A stretch of DNA of 34,856 nucleotides, from contig NC_057755.1 in assembly GCF_004010195.1 (NCBI RefSeq), positions 2,477,474 to 2,512,329 on the forward strand, given 5' to 3'. A model generated the notes under the pieces. That model saw only the letters and a program-made list of their open reading frames with translations. It was not told the origin of the DNA and did not search any database. The stretch comes from Chiloscyllium plagiosum (lineage: Eukaryota). How positions within the stretch are numbered: position 1 is the first letter of the stretch; every line of letters starts with the position of its first letter. Shown piece after piece: positions 34,598 to 34,856 of the stretch. Both the position numbers and the translations under genes were made by a program.

Positions 34598-34856
34598 GGA
34601 GAAAGTGAGGTCTGCAGATGCTGGAGATCAGAGCTGGAAATGTGTTGCTGGAAAAGCGCAGCAGGTCAGGCAACATCCAGGGAACAGGAGAATCGACGTT
34701 TCGGGCATAAGCCCTTCTTCAGGAATGAGGAAAGTTTGTCCAGCAGGCTAAGATAAAAGGTAGGGAGGAGGGACTTGGGGGAGGGGCGTCGGAAATGTGA
34801 TAGGTGGAAAGAGGTCAAGGTGAGGGTGATAGGTCAGACTGGGGTGGGGGCGGAGA
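34598..34856 (-). mobile_element. Penelope-like element 3' end, continuing beyond the window
   Basis: Terminal repeat plus upstream region homologous to 4690-4795. Confidence 0.88.
34690..34726 (-). ncRNA. Best-preserved minimal hammerhead-ribozyme motif (family 1)
   Basis: Sense strand reads UUC-CUGAAGA-A-GGGC-UUAU-GCCC-GAAAC-GUC-GA: perfect 4-bp helix II, GUC triplet and palindromic ACGU. Confidence 0.7.

Overview
Eukaryotic, repeat-saturated DNA, most likely from a shark. The inference rests on an HE1-type tRNA-derived SINE sharing its tail with HER1/CR1 LINEs and on shark-type C2H2 zinc-finger remnants. Three N-gaps lie at 618-1251, 18620-19316 and 26543-27042. The only plausibly intact gene is a two-exon class A GPCR of the GPR139/GPR142-like type. 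Its exon 1 (28197-28263, behind a TATA box) splices in phase 1 to exon 2 (31089-31960), giving about 312 aa; the ORF track does not join the two exons. The rest comprises three satellites (42, 70 and about 69 bp units), many CR1 fragments, a Tx1-type LINE broken by nested insertions, a Rex1/Babar-like fragment, a shattered C2H2-ZNF pseudogene, and a ~2.3 kb inverted duplication (6690-8996 vs 32243-34595). It also holds Penelope-like (GIY-YIG) elements whose terminal repeats carry minimal hammerhead-ribozyme motifs, in at least three sequence families. One Penelope-like insertion preserves a 10-bp target-site duplication plus an inverted copy of target DNA. I found no evidence of a wholly new system; the best leads are the ribozyme-bounded short Penelope-like units, the GPCR, and apparently mobile satellite DNA. 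Family names come from motif recognition, not database searches.
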